A stretch of DNA of 63,435 nucleotides, filler included, from Phoronis australis (GCA_002633005.1; 9 parts of 9 records of this genome joined end to end with filler, not necessarily neighbours in it); one strand, 5' to 3'; counted from the first letter of the whole stretch, positions 24,440 through 38,610 are shown. A program made the numbers and translations. Notes: generated by a model not told the origin, from the sequence alone.

Positions 24440-25725
24440 TATTAATAACGTCTGCACTCTAGATATAGCTTCTGCTTTCGACTGTGTCTACTTCACAAAC
24501 TTCGATCCTATGGCATCACTGGTAATCTTTTAACCTTGATCACCTCATATCTCTCCGATAGAACATACAGTGTTCGTGTCGACGGAGTACTTTCAACTTT
24601 ATCCCCTGCTGGATTTGTAAACGCAGATGTACCGCAGGGTAGCTTATTGGGCCCTCTTCTCTCCTGGGTTGATATTAATGACCTTCCTGATAACCTGTCA
24701 TGTAGCACATAGCTTAATGCAGATGACACGGCGCTTTTTTACCTCTTCGCAGGGAGCAGCCCTGAAAGTTCTCTGTAGCTTCAACACGACTTAAATAACC
24801 TCAGCTATTGGTCACAAGAATGGAGAATGAATTTTAAACCAGAAAAAATCGTTGACCTCACCTTCTCCAAATTTATTAATGCTCTCTTCCTTGTTGATCT
24901 TTCTTATGATCTTAAACTTAATGATGAAATCATTCTNNNNNNNNNNNNNNNNNNNNNNNNNNNNNNNNNNNNNNNNNNNNNNNNNNNNNNNNNNNNNNNN
25001 NNNNNNNNNNNNNNNNNNNNNNNNNNNNNNNNNNNNNNNNNNNNNNNNNNNNNNNNNNNNNNNNNNNNNNNNNNNNNNNNNNNNNNNNNNNNNNNNNNNN
25101 NNNNNNNNNNNNNNNNNNNNNNNNNNNNNNNNNNNNNNNNNNNNNNNNNNNNNNNNNNNNGAAATAGCATTGTACAGATCAAGATGAGGTCTTTTCCTCA
25201 ATTCTGACAAGTTTAGGCATAACTTTAGTAATGTTTCTCCAAACTGTAAATGTGGTGACCATCAATGTTATCCTCATATTTTCTTCAAATGTCCCCTCAT
25301 CGAATACCTGTGAGACTCACTCTTTCATGCACTCACAATTTAAACCAATCAATTGCTAATTTTCTCAATTCTTGTAATACTAAATTTACATTATTATTGA
25401 ATGGTAGTCCTAACTTTGACGTCGTTCTCAATGAATTCCTCCTAAGCAACGTTGGCAAACTTTTATGTACCGTTTATCAATATTGCTGCTCCTGATTTCC
25501 ATACATGAATCTGTACATGTTTTTGTTGTTATATATTCGCAATAGCATATCTAATTATTGGGATTCTTATATTAGATACTACTTAAATGTATATACCTCT
25601 ATGTATAATTGTTTCAATTATAAATTGTTTACAACCCAGAAATAATGCTTAGAGATTTCTGGGTTTGTCATCATTTCTTTCTATGTCTTGTGTATTCTTC
25701 GATAAATATATATCACTTTAAAAAA
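24440..25725 (+). mobile_element. 5'-truncated CR1-like LINE fragment spanning a sized N gap
   Basis: LDIASAFDCV, VPQGSLLGPLL, NADDT, and after the gap SPNCKCG. A-rich 3' end near 25720. Confidence 0.75.
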
Positions 25726-27188
25726 CAAGTCGGCACTATTTGAAATCCAGACTATAAGACGATAATCGGTGCTTCTGCTTATCCTCATCCGATCATCTTT
25801 CCCACCCATCACGCTAGATTTTCATGGAATCCCAATATTCTTACAGATTAACAGTGACCTCAATCTAGTTAGAAATTTTCTGCCCACTTCACATTTACAG
25901 CTTCGTCAACTTGCTCCAAAACTTAATTCTGTTCGAGCAAATATCGAAACTCAAAAATCTCAACTAATTAATGAAATAATAAAAATAAACAATCAGCGCT
26001 TTGATCATTAACAAGATCACGACCCTGCAAATATAGTGTAACGAACTGTTGTGTTGCCCACGCATATCGCCACTGTCGGGCGTCGCATCCATGTCATACC
26101 AAACGGACGTGGAACTTTCCTCGGGGTACCATGAAGAAATGGACGGAAATGAGCCATTATTAAATAGCCATTATAACAAATGGAAATCCTAACTGATAAT
26201 CGTTATGACATTAATGTTAGAAATACATGTACATGGTTCCTGATGCTTTATCGTGTAAAAAATATTTTTCTATTATTTCAATCGATTACTTTTACCGCAT
26301 TCAACTGTAACGTTCTCCCAACGTAAAGCGCTTGAAATGTCAAAGATTAAATAATGTTTAATTATTCATGCAACGGGAAAACGGGCAATAGTGATCTTTT
26401 CCCAAATCAATTAAAAAATTGCAAAGACGGCATCAAAGTTTAAAACAGTTTTGAAGTATTTTCTGTTAAAATACATTACATGTTGTGCCTTTTTGAATGT
26501 AATAATCTTGTTACTGTACAATGTGTTCACTTTTATTTCAGAGTTTGTTAAAGTGACTGGGACTGACTATGGTTGTCACTTGAATTGGGACCTTCGTGGC
26601 GTGGTCATAATTTTTTTGTTCAATGAAATATGTTTCGTCAAATACACCATTTAAACAGCAACATCCGTTTCGTTTCTTTCAACAGATTCGTGTGTATGTA
26701 CAGTCGAATTCTTGCAGGACGTTTCTAATACGAAGGTTGTATCAAACTTTGTCTTCAATTTGCACATGGTTCACTAAAGGTATGTTACACCCGATTGAGT
26801 TTCGTTTTTTTAAACTCTATGTGGAAATGAAACGATGACGTCAACGAGACTTGGAATTAGCTTGAGTAGCTATTTTTGATAATGCCCATTAAGAGGTGTC
26901 AAAGTCGTCTGACTACTGTGTAATCACGTTGTAGTGAAATTCTTGTGTTGTAGCTGACCGAAACCATGGATAAACTACACTGCACTCCCGGCGTGTCAGG
27001 TGCAATGAAACAATAAGTCGTGTAGATAGTTCGTCAATTCAGCTGTAGGTGACGGAAACTATGTGAAACAAGGATTCGGTTGTATGCTGTGCGACTTCAA
27101 GATAATAACACTAAAAATTTGCTGATTATTTTTTGTAAAATCTTTGTTCTGGTGGACTTTCTGAAATGTTAAAGAAAAATACCACCAA

Positions 27189-27194
<6 letters not shown>

Positions 27195-27246
<52 letters not shown>
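27195..27246. repeat. (AG)n microsatellite abutting the 3' end of the RTE-X-like LINE
   Basis: A pure AG run is visible, with minus-strand AATAAA just inside the element. Confidence 0.95.
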
Positions 27247-27248
<2 letters not shown>

Positions 27249-30200
27249 TGTTTATTGCACTTGGAGCTAAGCTCATTTGTACATATTACATTGCAACATT
27301 TGGTATAGGTGGCAATTTCCTGTCCGGGTATTCAATACATATATACATAATTACACGTTACAATGTTAAGAGTTTCCTGTATAATACCATAAGCCTTTAA
27401 TATAAATAAGGATAGTCTTTCCAAAAGATTTCCAGAGTTTGTTTTGAATAAGTATTTGTCGTTTTCGATGTCTGCATGCTGTCGGGATATTTCTGGTTAA
27501 AAATTCTTTCTAATGTCGTTAAGTACGGGACAGTTAAGTAATAAGTGTATTTCGTCTTCAATTTCTGAACGGTTGTAAATTTCGCAAAGTCTATCTTCCT
27601 TTGGAATGTCATGGTGCCTACCAGTTTCTATTTTCAGTTGGTGTCCAGGGCATCTGAATTTGGCTAAAATTCTACGTAGAGTTAGTGGTAGACTGTAAAG
27701 ATATTCTTCACAAGATAAATCTGTTTTGATAATAGAGTAAAATGAGCACTTGCTAGAGCTCTGCACTGATGTCCTCCATTCTTGGGCACCACAATCCAAC
27801 AATCTTTGCTTAAATTCTGATATAAATAAATCAATGTTACCCCGTCCACTTATCCATACCTCCCCAAACCCGTATCTGAATAAAATATCTTTAACTGCAC
27901 TGGCACAATTTGGTCGTCCTTTTTCACAGTCTTCCCGCAGCATCCTGTAACTTTTCTTTGGGTATCTGGGGTTATTCATCTGTAGAAGTTTGGTCTAGTA
28001 GATTATTGGTCTGCACAAGTATTTCCCAGATAATAAATGCCTGCCACATTCTCCTCTGGCCATAACGTTACTTGTTTTCTTTGGGACACCAGCAACCCAT
28101 TTACAGAAATCATTGTGAACACTTTCTATGTCTTTCGAATATACTGTACCCCATATCTCAGCACCATATAACAATATAGGTACTACCATACTATCAAACA
28201 ATTTAAAACATACATGCGGGGATCTACAATTCACTTTGGTTAAACATGCTTTTAACATGTTCATTGCTTTTCTAGCTTGTAAAGCTGATATTCTACAATT
28301 TCATTCCATTTTCATCTGCAAGAAAATGTCACACCAAGATACTTGTAATAAGATTTCGTTTCTACCGATTTCTTATTGTAGAACCACCGTTCTTGTGACG
28401 ACAGAGTCCCACCTCGCTTGAAGACAACAATATTTGTCTTATCAAGATTAACACAAAGACTCCAATCCACACAGTAGTTGTGCAATACATTTAATTTCCT
28501 CTGGAAACCAGGCAGTGTGTCCGCCACAAGCACCAAATCGTCCGCAAACAATAACGAACTTAATTCACAATCATCACACTTGATACCTCGTCCTCCATTT
28601 TCTATGACCTCTGACACCAGTCCGCTAACAATAACAGAGAATAACCAAGGACTCAGTATACACCCTTGTTTCACACCTCTCGTACAATCAAAATAGGGTG
28701 TGATTTGATTCTGTATTCTCACGCACGATTTCACTTCAGCATAAATATTCCTCAGGAGATGGAACATTTTCCCATGGAGATTATTTTTTAACAAACAATA
28801 AAACAGACGTGTAGTTTCCAGACTGTCAAACGCCTTGCTAAAGTGCACAAAGGCACAGTAAATTTTCCACCTCTTTTTGATAAATTTATGTGGGCCAAAG
28901 CTTGTAGAACAAAAATGTTATCCACGGTCGAGTAACCCGCCCTAAATCCGCTTGTTCCTCAGGGATACATTGCATTGCATCCGACCACTCAATCAGCCTT
29001 CTGTTTAATATTGATGTAAACAGCTTGCTTATGCTATCAATTAAAGAAATTCCCCTGTAATTATTTGGGTTATTTTTGTCTCCTTTCTTGTAGATTAGAA
29101 CGATTATACTCTTTCTCCAATGCTCCGGGAATTTTCCTGTCGCCAGTACCTTATCGAATAGTTAACATAATGCTTCAAGGATGTCACCAGTCGGTGCTTT
29201 GAAGAGTTCGTTTGGAATGCCATCTTCTCCAGGGGTTTTGTTGCTTTAAAGTTTATTTATTTCCTGATTGATTTCGGACATGTCAATTTCTTTATTAAGT
29301 TGTACCAGGATTTTATCACCAGGTGTGTTGGCACAGTCATTGCAGCTTTCGAAGTGCTCTCGCATTTCGTCCAGCAAATTATTAAGGAATTCCCTATTTT
29401 CCTGTAGAGGCTCAGTGTTCAAGAGTTTTTCATTCGACGAAATATCCGCTTGTTGAAAATTGTTCGGATTTATGATTGACTTCACGTTTGCTCAGAATAT
29501 TCTTGGATCTCTCACTGAATCCCATAAGTTCTTTTCCATTTGTTCGTTATAATTCTTCTTTTTTCACGACAGGTTTCCTTAAATTGACTTTTCGTATCAA
29601 TATAATTACGTAGTGTATCCACACACTTTGTGGACCTGAAAAGTTTCAATAAATTATGTTTTTCTATTTTCTTTTGCTTGCAAACGTTGTCGAACCACCT
29701 TGGCTGCTGCCTGTTCACTGCGGGTTTATTGCTTATTTTCATTTATTAACTGAACTGCTTTGTTAATATCCATATTGATGGCTGAAGATATTTGGTATAA
29801 TTTCTCGGTGGTGTCAACGCTGCCCAGTCTATCCTTAAAACTTGAAGATTTGTGTGGCTGCCACTTGAGTCGGTGCAATGGGGTTGTTCTGACACTAGTG
29901 TTCGATCCGTCTGTATCAGCTTCCGTATGTTCTAGATAACGTAGAGTACACATGATAGGGAAATGGTCTGACTGGTCGTAGTTTAATACTTCAAAGTCAT
30001 TAATATATTCGAACAGAGATGCCTCGGCAATAACATAGACAATAGTGCTGCATCCTCGAGTGGAGACGAACGAATAGTTTCCTTCTCTGTCTGAGGGGTA
30101 TCTACGGTTAACAATGTGCGTACCATATACTGCACAAAATCTGGCAAGTTCTTTGCCAAAGTAATTAGATTTCGCATCTTGGTTGTTTCTTGGTTTTTCA

Positions 30201-30260
30201 AAATTATTTTAAACATAACAACAGTCGCTTTTGGTAAGGACACTGATATGCGTGATATCG
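27247..30260 (-). mobile_element. RTE-X/Proto2-like LINE, decayed (end of APE, RT, C-terminal zinc knuckle)
   Basis: FSKAFDS, GVKQGCILSPWLF, LLFADDLVL, YKYLG, KLFDSMVVPILLYGAEIWG, LKIETGRH..RLC..EDEIHLLLNCP. Confidence 0.88.
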
Positions 30261-30460
30261 TCATCTGGGATGTAGTTGAACTAGAACTGAACCTCCAAAG
30301 TGATGCTTGTTCAGTTCACAAAATTCTAACTTGCAATGAACTCAACACGAGACTTATACAAGTAGCATTGAAAATCATGCACCTTGTTCCGCTTTACGGA
30401 AAATTAAAAGAAACGCAATCATATAAACACCACGTACAGCACACATCACAAACTTTTGTG

Positions 30461-31640
30461 CGACCGGTCGTCTAGGAGTCGACGATTGGCCGTCCGACCG
30501 GTCAGCCAATTTTTAGCTGACCCGGCAGCCGGCTGCAGTGCCGACTCATAAGGTGAACCACCAGCCGACTCCACAGCCGACCCTTAATTGCCGACTGGCC
30601 ACCAGCCGACCCACTAGTCGGATGCTATTTTCAAGCTGGACTAGCAGCTGCATAATAGGTTGTCAGGCTGATGCCGCTTTGCGTGCAGATGCATATTCGT
30701 CTCGATACAGGGTCAAATAAATTAACCTAGTTTTACTGTGTTTCCATTACATGAGTTCACATCGGTTGTGTTCATTGACGCCATTAATTCGAAGGTTGGA
30801 CGCAAGTTGTAATATTGAACATTGGATTAAGGACAATGGAACAAGTTTTGAATAAAAAAACGTTAAAGTTTTCTTTACATTTGATCGTTTGGCTCAGACG
30901 TTAACAAATGACATTAGATTGGCTGCTTCCCAGTCACTACAAAGCCGCAGTCATTTTGTAAACGCTGTTTTTTACAGTCTTCGCCCACACTGTTTTTTGC
31001 TTGTGTTTCGCCAAACTGCATCTTTTTGCGTTTTTAAAATTCCTCACGGGTCTCCTATCACGCGCCATGATGATGGGATAGTGAATGAGTTGTTGCACCG
31101 AAGAGTTCTTACTCGATCCGGAGATTTTATTTTCACGGTATTAACCCTTGCAGTAAAGACGCGAAATGCACGGAACTTTATGTCCTAAGCCCATGGACTT
31201 GGAAGGCGCTAACTTGGAAATCATATGGTTACGACTACCACCAGTTTTAGCTTCGCGTATTCATGCATCGGTGACGGTAAAATTTGCTCTAGTGCTTACA
31301 GCACATGTATCAGTTGGTCGCTGACGTTGTTCCAAAAACAAATATTTTCTGTCAACAACATATTGACAAACTGTACAAAATAAAACAATTTTGAACGGGA
31401 AGATGCGAATACGTGGTGAGGAGGTATTTGTCTCTAAACGCGGCATCTGTGCGTGAATCTTTGGTGAAAGCCAATGCGATGTCGAAAGAAATACACCAAG
31501 GTACACTTTTTGAGAAGCAAAACGTCTGGTGATGTTTTTAGCGCATGATCTGGCCTCCTTAGGCAGTAACTGACGCGGAATGACATCTGGCAACTAAGGC
31601 TCCAAAATAAAAATATCATGCTTGTATTGCCCCCCCCCCC
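30461..31640 (+). mobile_element. Possible PIF/Harbinger end: GCCGAC-rich subterminal cluster and a faint Myb/MADF-like relic
   Basis: Many GCCGAC/GTCG motifs at 30461-30625. Degenerate translation YTKV..SKTSGD..LTRNDIW near 31490-31600. Truncated by a linker. Confidence 0.3.
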
Positions 31641-31740
31641 NNNNNNNNNNNNNNNNNNNNNNNNNNNNNNNNNNNNNNNNNNNNTTAATTAATTAANNNN
31701 NNNNNNNNNNNNNNNNNNNNNNNNNNNNNNNNNNNNNNNN
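31641..31740. other. Artificial contig linker N44-TTAATTAATTAA-N44 (also at 35467, 38949, 44377, 48028, 50557, 54716, 60416)
   Basis: Eight identical 100-nt blocks. The 12-mer places stop codons in all six frames. Confidence 0.97.
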
Positions 31741-32719
31741 CAAAAGTGATTGGCTGCACCTACGTGTGCCTAGGCCCCACTACAGTACTGGTTAGATTAG
31801 TTAGTTTGTGTGTAGGTTTTAAATGCCTTTCAGAATAATGTAAGGATCCAACACAACCTAATCTAATGACTATCCTTATGACAAGTATGCAGTAAGCAAA
31901 CAGCACCTGCAATTGTTGTTCAAGGTGATTGGATGAAATACAGCAAAACAATGCTTTTTGTGTCACCAGTGAAGAACATTGGAAAGACATTGAAGTACCC
32001 AGCAATAGTTTTGATAACCCAAAAGATAGTTTTAACAGCCCAAAAGACACCCCTGGATGCCTATGTCCTCCAAGTAAACAATCGAGAATGCCTGCAGTTT
32101 CTACAACGCTGCTGTAAATAAGAATCAAGCTCAAGCAGGGCAATAGGAATGTGTGATGTTCCATTTTCATTTTCCCAAGATGCACTAATCCATAATGGTT
32201 CTAATTGGTGCTATGAGCAATTTCCACTCTGAATAGACTGGAGAAACACATTGATTGTTCACAAGCAGAGAGGCCTTGGCCAGATATTATTCCCATGTGA
32301 GTACCAATATAAGTGCATTTCTTTTAATACCAGGGCCCTTTTCTGAATGGATTCAGAGTGTCTTGAGGAAAGTAAAATGTGTTAATAGCAGGCAACACAA
32401 AGCAACTAATTACAAAAATCTATTAGTTTATTGAAGATAACAGTTCTGTATTTAACAAAACAATAAATGCTTCCATTACTGTCAACAACTTTTTCCTCTG
32501 CCTTTCGCCAGAGGGCGCTCAGTCCTGGTGTGGAGCATTAAGCATTCTATAACCCAGCCTTCCAACCATGAGAATGCTGAAAAAGAAAGCACACACACAT
32601 GAGATTACAGTATAATAGTGGGCAGCTTTACAACTTGTTGCTTACACACACTAGGAGGTACTTCTAACTTATTTTCATTTCGGTAGTAAAGGTTCTCAGA
32701 CACAAGCAAAAGTATTTCT

Positions 32720-33025
32720 TATACATTTCGTCCATCAGAATGAAACGGACTTCCTACGCAGATGGCACAAGGGCAGTCAGCTCCCGATCATAGATATATG
32801 GCAACTCAATGTCAACGTCCCTGTTTATAGTAGGATTACCACACTCGATCTGGATAGCTTCCTTGATTTTTCAGGGAATATCTCTATTGCCACTGCTAAT
32901 AATATTCACACACTACCAGTGTGAGCATGCTCCGATATGGCAGATTGTAGAGACCCAGTTCTTACAGCCGTTTTGCGTTCGTCAATGCGAGTCCTCAGCT
33001 GTCATATACACTCACCAATGTAGGA
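32720..33025 (-). mobile_element. Penelope-like element fragment (GIY-YIG endonuclease C-terminus)
   Basis: The minus strand translates as IGE..QLRTRIDE..SAISEHAH..KIKEAIQI..PTINRDVDIELPYIYD, with stops. Confidence 0.75.
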
Positions 33026-33962
33026 TGCGTCACACGAAGCACAGTCAATCTAATACACTACGCCACACTTACACTCCTGCAGTGCTGTAGTGAGGCGTAG
33101 GCGCACGTAGGCGCAGCCAACCACCTTTTGTCATTTGAACATAAGTTACATTCAGTGCTCAATGTGATACGGTGGGCTTTTGGTGCCTAATTACCTCTAA
33201 TTTTACCACTACAGCACTGCACTCCTGGGGTGTAGTATCCTTGGGCATGACCAACAGACTGCGGAGGGTTGTGTCTGAGAACCTTTATTACCATGTGTCA
33301 CCAAGCTGATGAACTAGTTTGGATATTTTCATTTCTTCATTTATCTGCCAGTAATGCAACTCTTTGTGAAGCCGAGAGTTCCGGCTGACAATTTGCTTTG
33401 TCATGATGAGATACAAGCATTGCGCTAAACAGAAACTTCCACCATGGCACGAACGTGCATCACATGTATATTATAAAGCAATCCAGATAGCAACAGTAAT
33501 TACCATGACAATGCATAGCTGGGTGGGGAACAATTGACCATAGCACAACTATGGCTTTCTAGTTAAGCAATAATGGGAAAAAAATGTAATTTACGTTTTT
33601 GCAAATTTCTGAAAACAAGCTCCCCCAGATGTTAGCCCATGGGCCTTACTTTAAATTCAAGTTAAGTCAATAAAGGTTTTCTCCTTCTCTCTCCCTTTAC
33701 ACCTCTCCCCCGTGACCTTAGAGTGAACAACATTAGTCCTGCTGGCATGAACTTTCTCAAACTAAAGCACGATACAAAAGTAATCAGACAGAATACTGTT
33801 TCCCTGTCATGGTGACTAAATCTATTGAACAACAGAAATGACTGGTAATGTCTATTATGGCAGCAAAATTATAATTACAAAATGGCTTGGCCACCTTATG
33901 TACTTTCACATTGATTCACTCCCAATTCTTGGTCATGAGGGAAGGTTACGCCAACAATGAAT

Positions 33963-34016
33963 AGCGGATTTGCAGCGACGCCATATTGAAATTAGGTTAA
34001 TATGGTGCATTGTGGG
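33963..34016 (+). mobile_element. Diverged terminus of the ISL2EU-like family seen at 52275 and 56652
   Basis: AT|AGCGGATTTGCAGCGACGCCATATTGAAATTAGG..TGCATTGTGG aligns with 56652-56705. Confidence 0.55.
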
Positions 34017-34651
34017 TGCTGTGGTCAGGATTCCGAAAGCGGCCATAGTATCAAGCATAATACGCGGTATGAGCGCGAAGAAAACTTACTTATTCATTTC
34101 GTTACTTCCGTGTATTTTAAACTGGCCGTGACCGGATTTGGGATACCGATTTCGAGTTTTCACCTCGTCAAAAATACAATATACAATTAAAACTTTAAAA
34201 AACACTTACTTTGATCATTGGTCCTTTCTACTTCTACACATATCTTTAATGAAGCTTAGTTGTGAGAATTAAGTTGACTTTGGTGAAGAATTACAACTTC
34301 ACTTTTTTGGTTGCCGTTAATATTATCACCGCGTGCGCGATAACCATAAAGCAAGTCAACTGAATCACATGAGTTAGGCAAAGGTTAGCGCGAGACTGAG
34401 CGAAGTGCGTGACGCTAGCGCGCGACACTTGTAAAATAGCATGAGAAGGTATTGGGTGAAAGTTGTAAGATGTGTGTCCCTTGGACTTTTTATTCGTCAA
34501 CATGGGTAATTTCACGTAACTTCCTCAAAATGGCACCCGGTAACTGAGAGAAACTCTAGCAAACCGCAACAGATTTTCATCGATTTGTTCAAGTTTTGGT
34601 GACTAAATTGTATCCAAAGTCGTGGTATGTGTTAATTATAACTCCGTGTTC

Positions 34652-35466
34652 CTATATATATATATATATTTATTCAATAACTAGGCCTCCGGCCCTTGTT
34701 ACAATCAAATCATCAAATACAATAAAGGTAAGTGTCAATTACTAGAAGTAAACCGAATTCTTCTTCGCTTGAATGCGAAATGAACATATTTACATGTTGA
34801 CCATATAAGATCTTTTTCCTCCATAGTCATGAGTCTGTTGAATTTTGTAACATTGGGATTGTTGTAGCTCCATGCAGGCAAATATCGTTTCCTAAGGTCA
34901 TCGTAGAATGGGCATTCGATAACAAAATGATATTCCGACTCGACATATGTCTTAACACAGAGAGGGCATAACCTTTCTGTTCTGTTAAGTTTCAAGTGTC
35001 TACCCTTTTCAATCATTAGTGCATGCGCTGAACATCTCAATCTCACCATATCAGATCTAACATTTACATTGTCAATTACATCTAAATAGTTTTCAAAACA
35101 TATATTTAACTTAAAAGTTCTGTAAGTTTCCAGCTTAATCGAATTGTTCAAAATATCTTGCCATTTTTGCTGATCAATATCTTTGCATCTTTGTTTAAAA
35201 AGTGATATGAAGCTTGTCTCGGAACCTACACCCTGATTATACCATGCTTCTCCAAAACCAAACTGAAATAACAATTTCTTAACATCATTAACCCAGCACG
35301 GTTTATTAACATTTTCCGTCATATTGTACTGCCATTCATAGCAATGATATGTAATTTTTGACTCATCGGTTTTTAATAGTTTTAACCAATATTTCATAAT
35401 TCTAGGAAGTCGGTAAGCAATCAAGGAGTAACGACCCATCTCACCTCTAGCAGTCGATGAAATTGC
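34652..35466 (-). mobile_element. 3' fragment of a second RTE-X-like LINE with a (TA)n tail, cut by a linker
   Basis: Uninterrupted 234-aa frame with RGEMGRY..KYW, LMIEKGRH..RLCPLC..ESEYHFVIECP. The 3' UTR GGGCCGGAGGCC..AATAAA is followed by TA repeats. Confidence 0.88.
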
Positions 35467-37343
35467 NNNNNNNNNNNNNNNNNNNNNNNNNNNNNNNNNN
35501 NNNNNNNNNNTTAATTAATTAANNNNNNNNNNNNNNNNNNNNNNNNNNNNNNNNNNNNNNNNNNNNGTACATAGTTACTCTCCTGTTTCAGCTAAACAGC
35601 TTGAAATTAAAGTTGCTTTTCCTTTATTTTCTCACCAGCAGACGACTTAATTGGAACCCCAATGAAGAAATGTGAAGCATTGCTGTTAAATGCCGCATTA
35701 CCGTAGTTTTCGCCCAGGTTTCTCAGTTTCGGAATAATGCCATTGGACCTGCAGCCCATACTGGATTTCACATTAGGTCCATATGCCAACAGCAACAAAT
35801 TGCTATGTTTACGTACGGGATCTGGGATGAAAACATGGTAGGTACAAAATGGCGACGTTGTTTATTGACGAATAAGTACATGTAGACACCTGTTTGAAAA
35901 ATGAACGTCAAAAGAATTACAAGTAAGTTGACTCATTAAAACCTTACCGACACAAGTCAATTCAAATCCAAAGCAACGACGCACCTACGTCGAATACAGT
36001 GTTCGCATGGTGTTGTACCATGCGGTACAGCCCGAGAACCGCCAATCGGAGCGTTTGGAAGCATAGGCGCGCTGAACGGGACGACTAATGAGAAAACATG
36101 TTACATACATGTACATGTATCATCCATCTGAGAACACATCAGTAGGTTAGTTTTACCACATTTGATCACAAAATGCCACGTATCCTCCAAATAACTTGCA
36201 TTTTGTTGCTACCAAACATCTTTTTGAGAATTATTGAAATTTAACGTTTTCAAGTAAAAAGGGACTTTTCGGGTCAATACTTATATTCGCCGTGCTTATA
36301 CTGTGTTGTTTTTTAAACTGAATGTTCTGGAAACAAACCAGTTTGGACACTCACCGTCCACAAACAGTAATGCCAAAAACCAGCCTCGGATTTGCTCTCA
36401 CTTCCAAGATATTTAGATTTAGTAACCCATTTCTCACAAATCGCCCCTTTCACTTCTCCTTTTCGGTTTCCAAAACGATTCGAGTGAGCATTAGGTGCTT
36501 GAATTGTGTAGTTCAATCAGAAGGCTAATCGCACGTTTAGCTCGCCGCTTGAAAAATCCGGCCGCCTGAATATTCGCAGACATATACCGTAGTTTGAATT
36601 CTCCCTCCATTAAGTCAGACAGTTGTTGTAGATCTGTTCGTTTGTTCTGAAACCTCTGGAATTGAGCGACCGATCGACAAATGAATAAGGCGCTTCAGTT
36701 ATTTTTTTTTTGTAAAGATTTCACGTCTCAACACGTCATAGTAAAGTTACGTACCTGTAGAATGTATGGTGGATTCATTTATTAGCCATTTGGCTCAACC
36801 ACCGCAGGTACGCTAATGAACACTTACACTGTCTACATGTGAAGCAGCAGAGTTTTCGGTTCTGAGCTGACAAGCAAATAAGGGATGGCGGTGCAACGGA
36901 ACAGTCAGCTTTGTCTCCGTACTCACAACCTGGAATAAAAAAGCATCATATTGACCATATTTAAGTCAACTATCAACCATCCACATCACTGAAATTTCGA
37001 ATGACCGTTATGACAACCCCTGAACGTAAGTTAAATATGCTGAGAACTTAAGGACTTAAGACAACAACTCATCAACTTATGCAAAACAAAACACGTCTGC
37101 ACGCCTTAGGTAAGTGACATTTTTGAGGATAAGTGTTAACGAGATGCATATCAAATATGTACATTATGTTAATTTAAGTTAGATTTTTTCAGGCCAAAAT
37201 AAAAAAGACATGATCAATAGTAAATCTGAAAGGACATGACGTACAATGTAAATTTGCAGAATTATTGTTATGGTAACTCAGGATCGGGAATCCCGCAATT
37301 TAAACCAAATGTCTACAGAAATACAAATACAAGTTCTCTGAAC

Positions 37344-37404
37344 ACAGACAAGCCTGTAGAGTTTGATTATATAGTATACAATCAAACTCTACAGGCTTGT
37401 CTGT
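37344..37404. repeat. Perfect 25-bp-arm hairpin (61 nt)
   Basis: ACAGACAAGCCTGTAGAGTTTGATT - ATATAGTATAC - AATCAAACTCTACAGGCTTGTCTGT. Confidence 0.95.
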
Positions 37405-38153
37405 ACACACGTACACGTATTACTTGTACGTGTGTACAGTACCGAACGGCCAGTATTGGGGGAGTCACGTCTTTTTAGTCTTTTGTCATGGAATTCATAA
37501 AAGGCTATTTCCCTCATGCAAACATGGACTATTTTACAACAATCCCTAGAAGCACTTTAGAGAGCAGTCTATAAAAAATAGTGTCTGAAAGTTTCGTGCA
37601 AATTTGGCCCTGCTGTTTGTGAGACAAGGCTATTCCAAATCTGGACATTTGTCAAAAGTCCTACTTGCCATTGATGTGATAATACGAGTACGTAGCCACA
37701 TCAAGACAATGAGTCACTCTGCATTTTTTCTTACATGTAAATGTTAAAATGATTTGGAAAAATTTACTCTTAACTGCGGACGACTGCAGGTTTATAAAAA
37801 GAAAATCTGCTGAAGGAATGAAAATTTTCAATTACCGCACATATAACTCGTAACAAAATTAACCGTTTTGCATCGTTTTGCCCCAAAGATTCACACCAAC
37901 ATTAAAAATCTAACTTTGAGATGATAGAAACGGAAGTACAAATATGCAAGTCGAAGTTCACTGTGAGAGTAATTTTTAACAAAGGTGTACTCAGTGGCCT
38001 ACCGGAATTTACCGAAAACAGGTCCATTGGAAAGTACACTGTACGCCAATGATCAGAGTTTTCGAAAATTTTCCAAAAGTACATGTTCGTTCATCAGCGT
38101 ATTTACGGTAACTGTTCGTATGTTTGAAAATCTGACAGAGGTGTTCTAAATTT

Positions 38154-38610
38154 CCGGGATTTTTCCGAGATAATACCATGGGCGTGTATTCGGAAAATGG
38201 AAAATTTCAGGCGTTAACATTAACACCAAATAAACGCCCGGGCGTTTATTCGGAAACGGGGGGCATTTAAGTGGAAAGTCATTGTCTCGGCTTGTATGAA
38301 AATATTATCGATTGTTTGCATAAAACTGTGCTTTTGGATTTTAAGTTAATGAATACATAGTTCCCCAACAAGTTGTTCGTTCTTTTAAAGGATAAATGCT
38401 CCGCAAAACTGAATTTGTGGCTAAAAGTTGACGCTGACTGGACTTTAAAGAGGAAATATTTCGAATAAATGCCTCAGTTTCTGGATTCTTGACAAAGGAA
38501 GTTGTAACGATAAATGAACTTAAGGCCAATAGGCGTTTATTCGGCATATTTTCCAAAACAAAACGCCCACGGGCGTTTTATCCGGCGGGCTTATCTACGG
38601 AAAATCCCGG
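38154..38610. mobile_element. pogo-like MITE
   Basis: TIRs CCGGGATTTTTCCGAGATAA / TTATCTACGGAAAATCCCGG|TA, with repeated GGGCGTTTATTCGG subterminal motifs. Confidence 0.65.

Noticed and set aside
24812-25210. ORFs containing long X runs
   Set aside because: They are open only because they cross an N gap.
31685-31696. Recurrent TTAATTAATTAA as a biological motif or TTAA target site
   Set aside because: It is always centred in exactly 100 nt with N padding, so it is an artificial six-frame-stop linker.
32725-32745. Hammerhead ribozyme at the Penelope 3' end (CTGATGGACGAAA, minus strand)
   Set aside because: The position is suggestive, but the core deviates from CTGANGA and stem II is missing; at best a collapsed relic.
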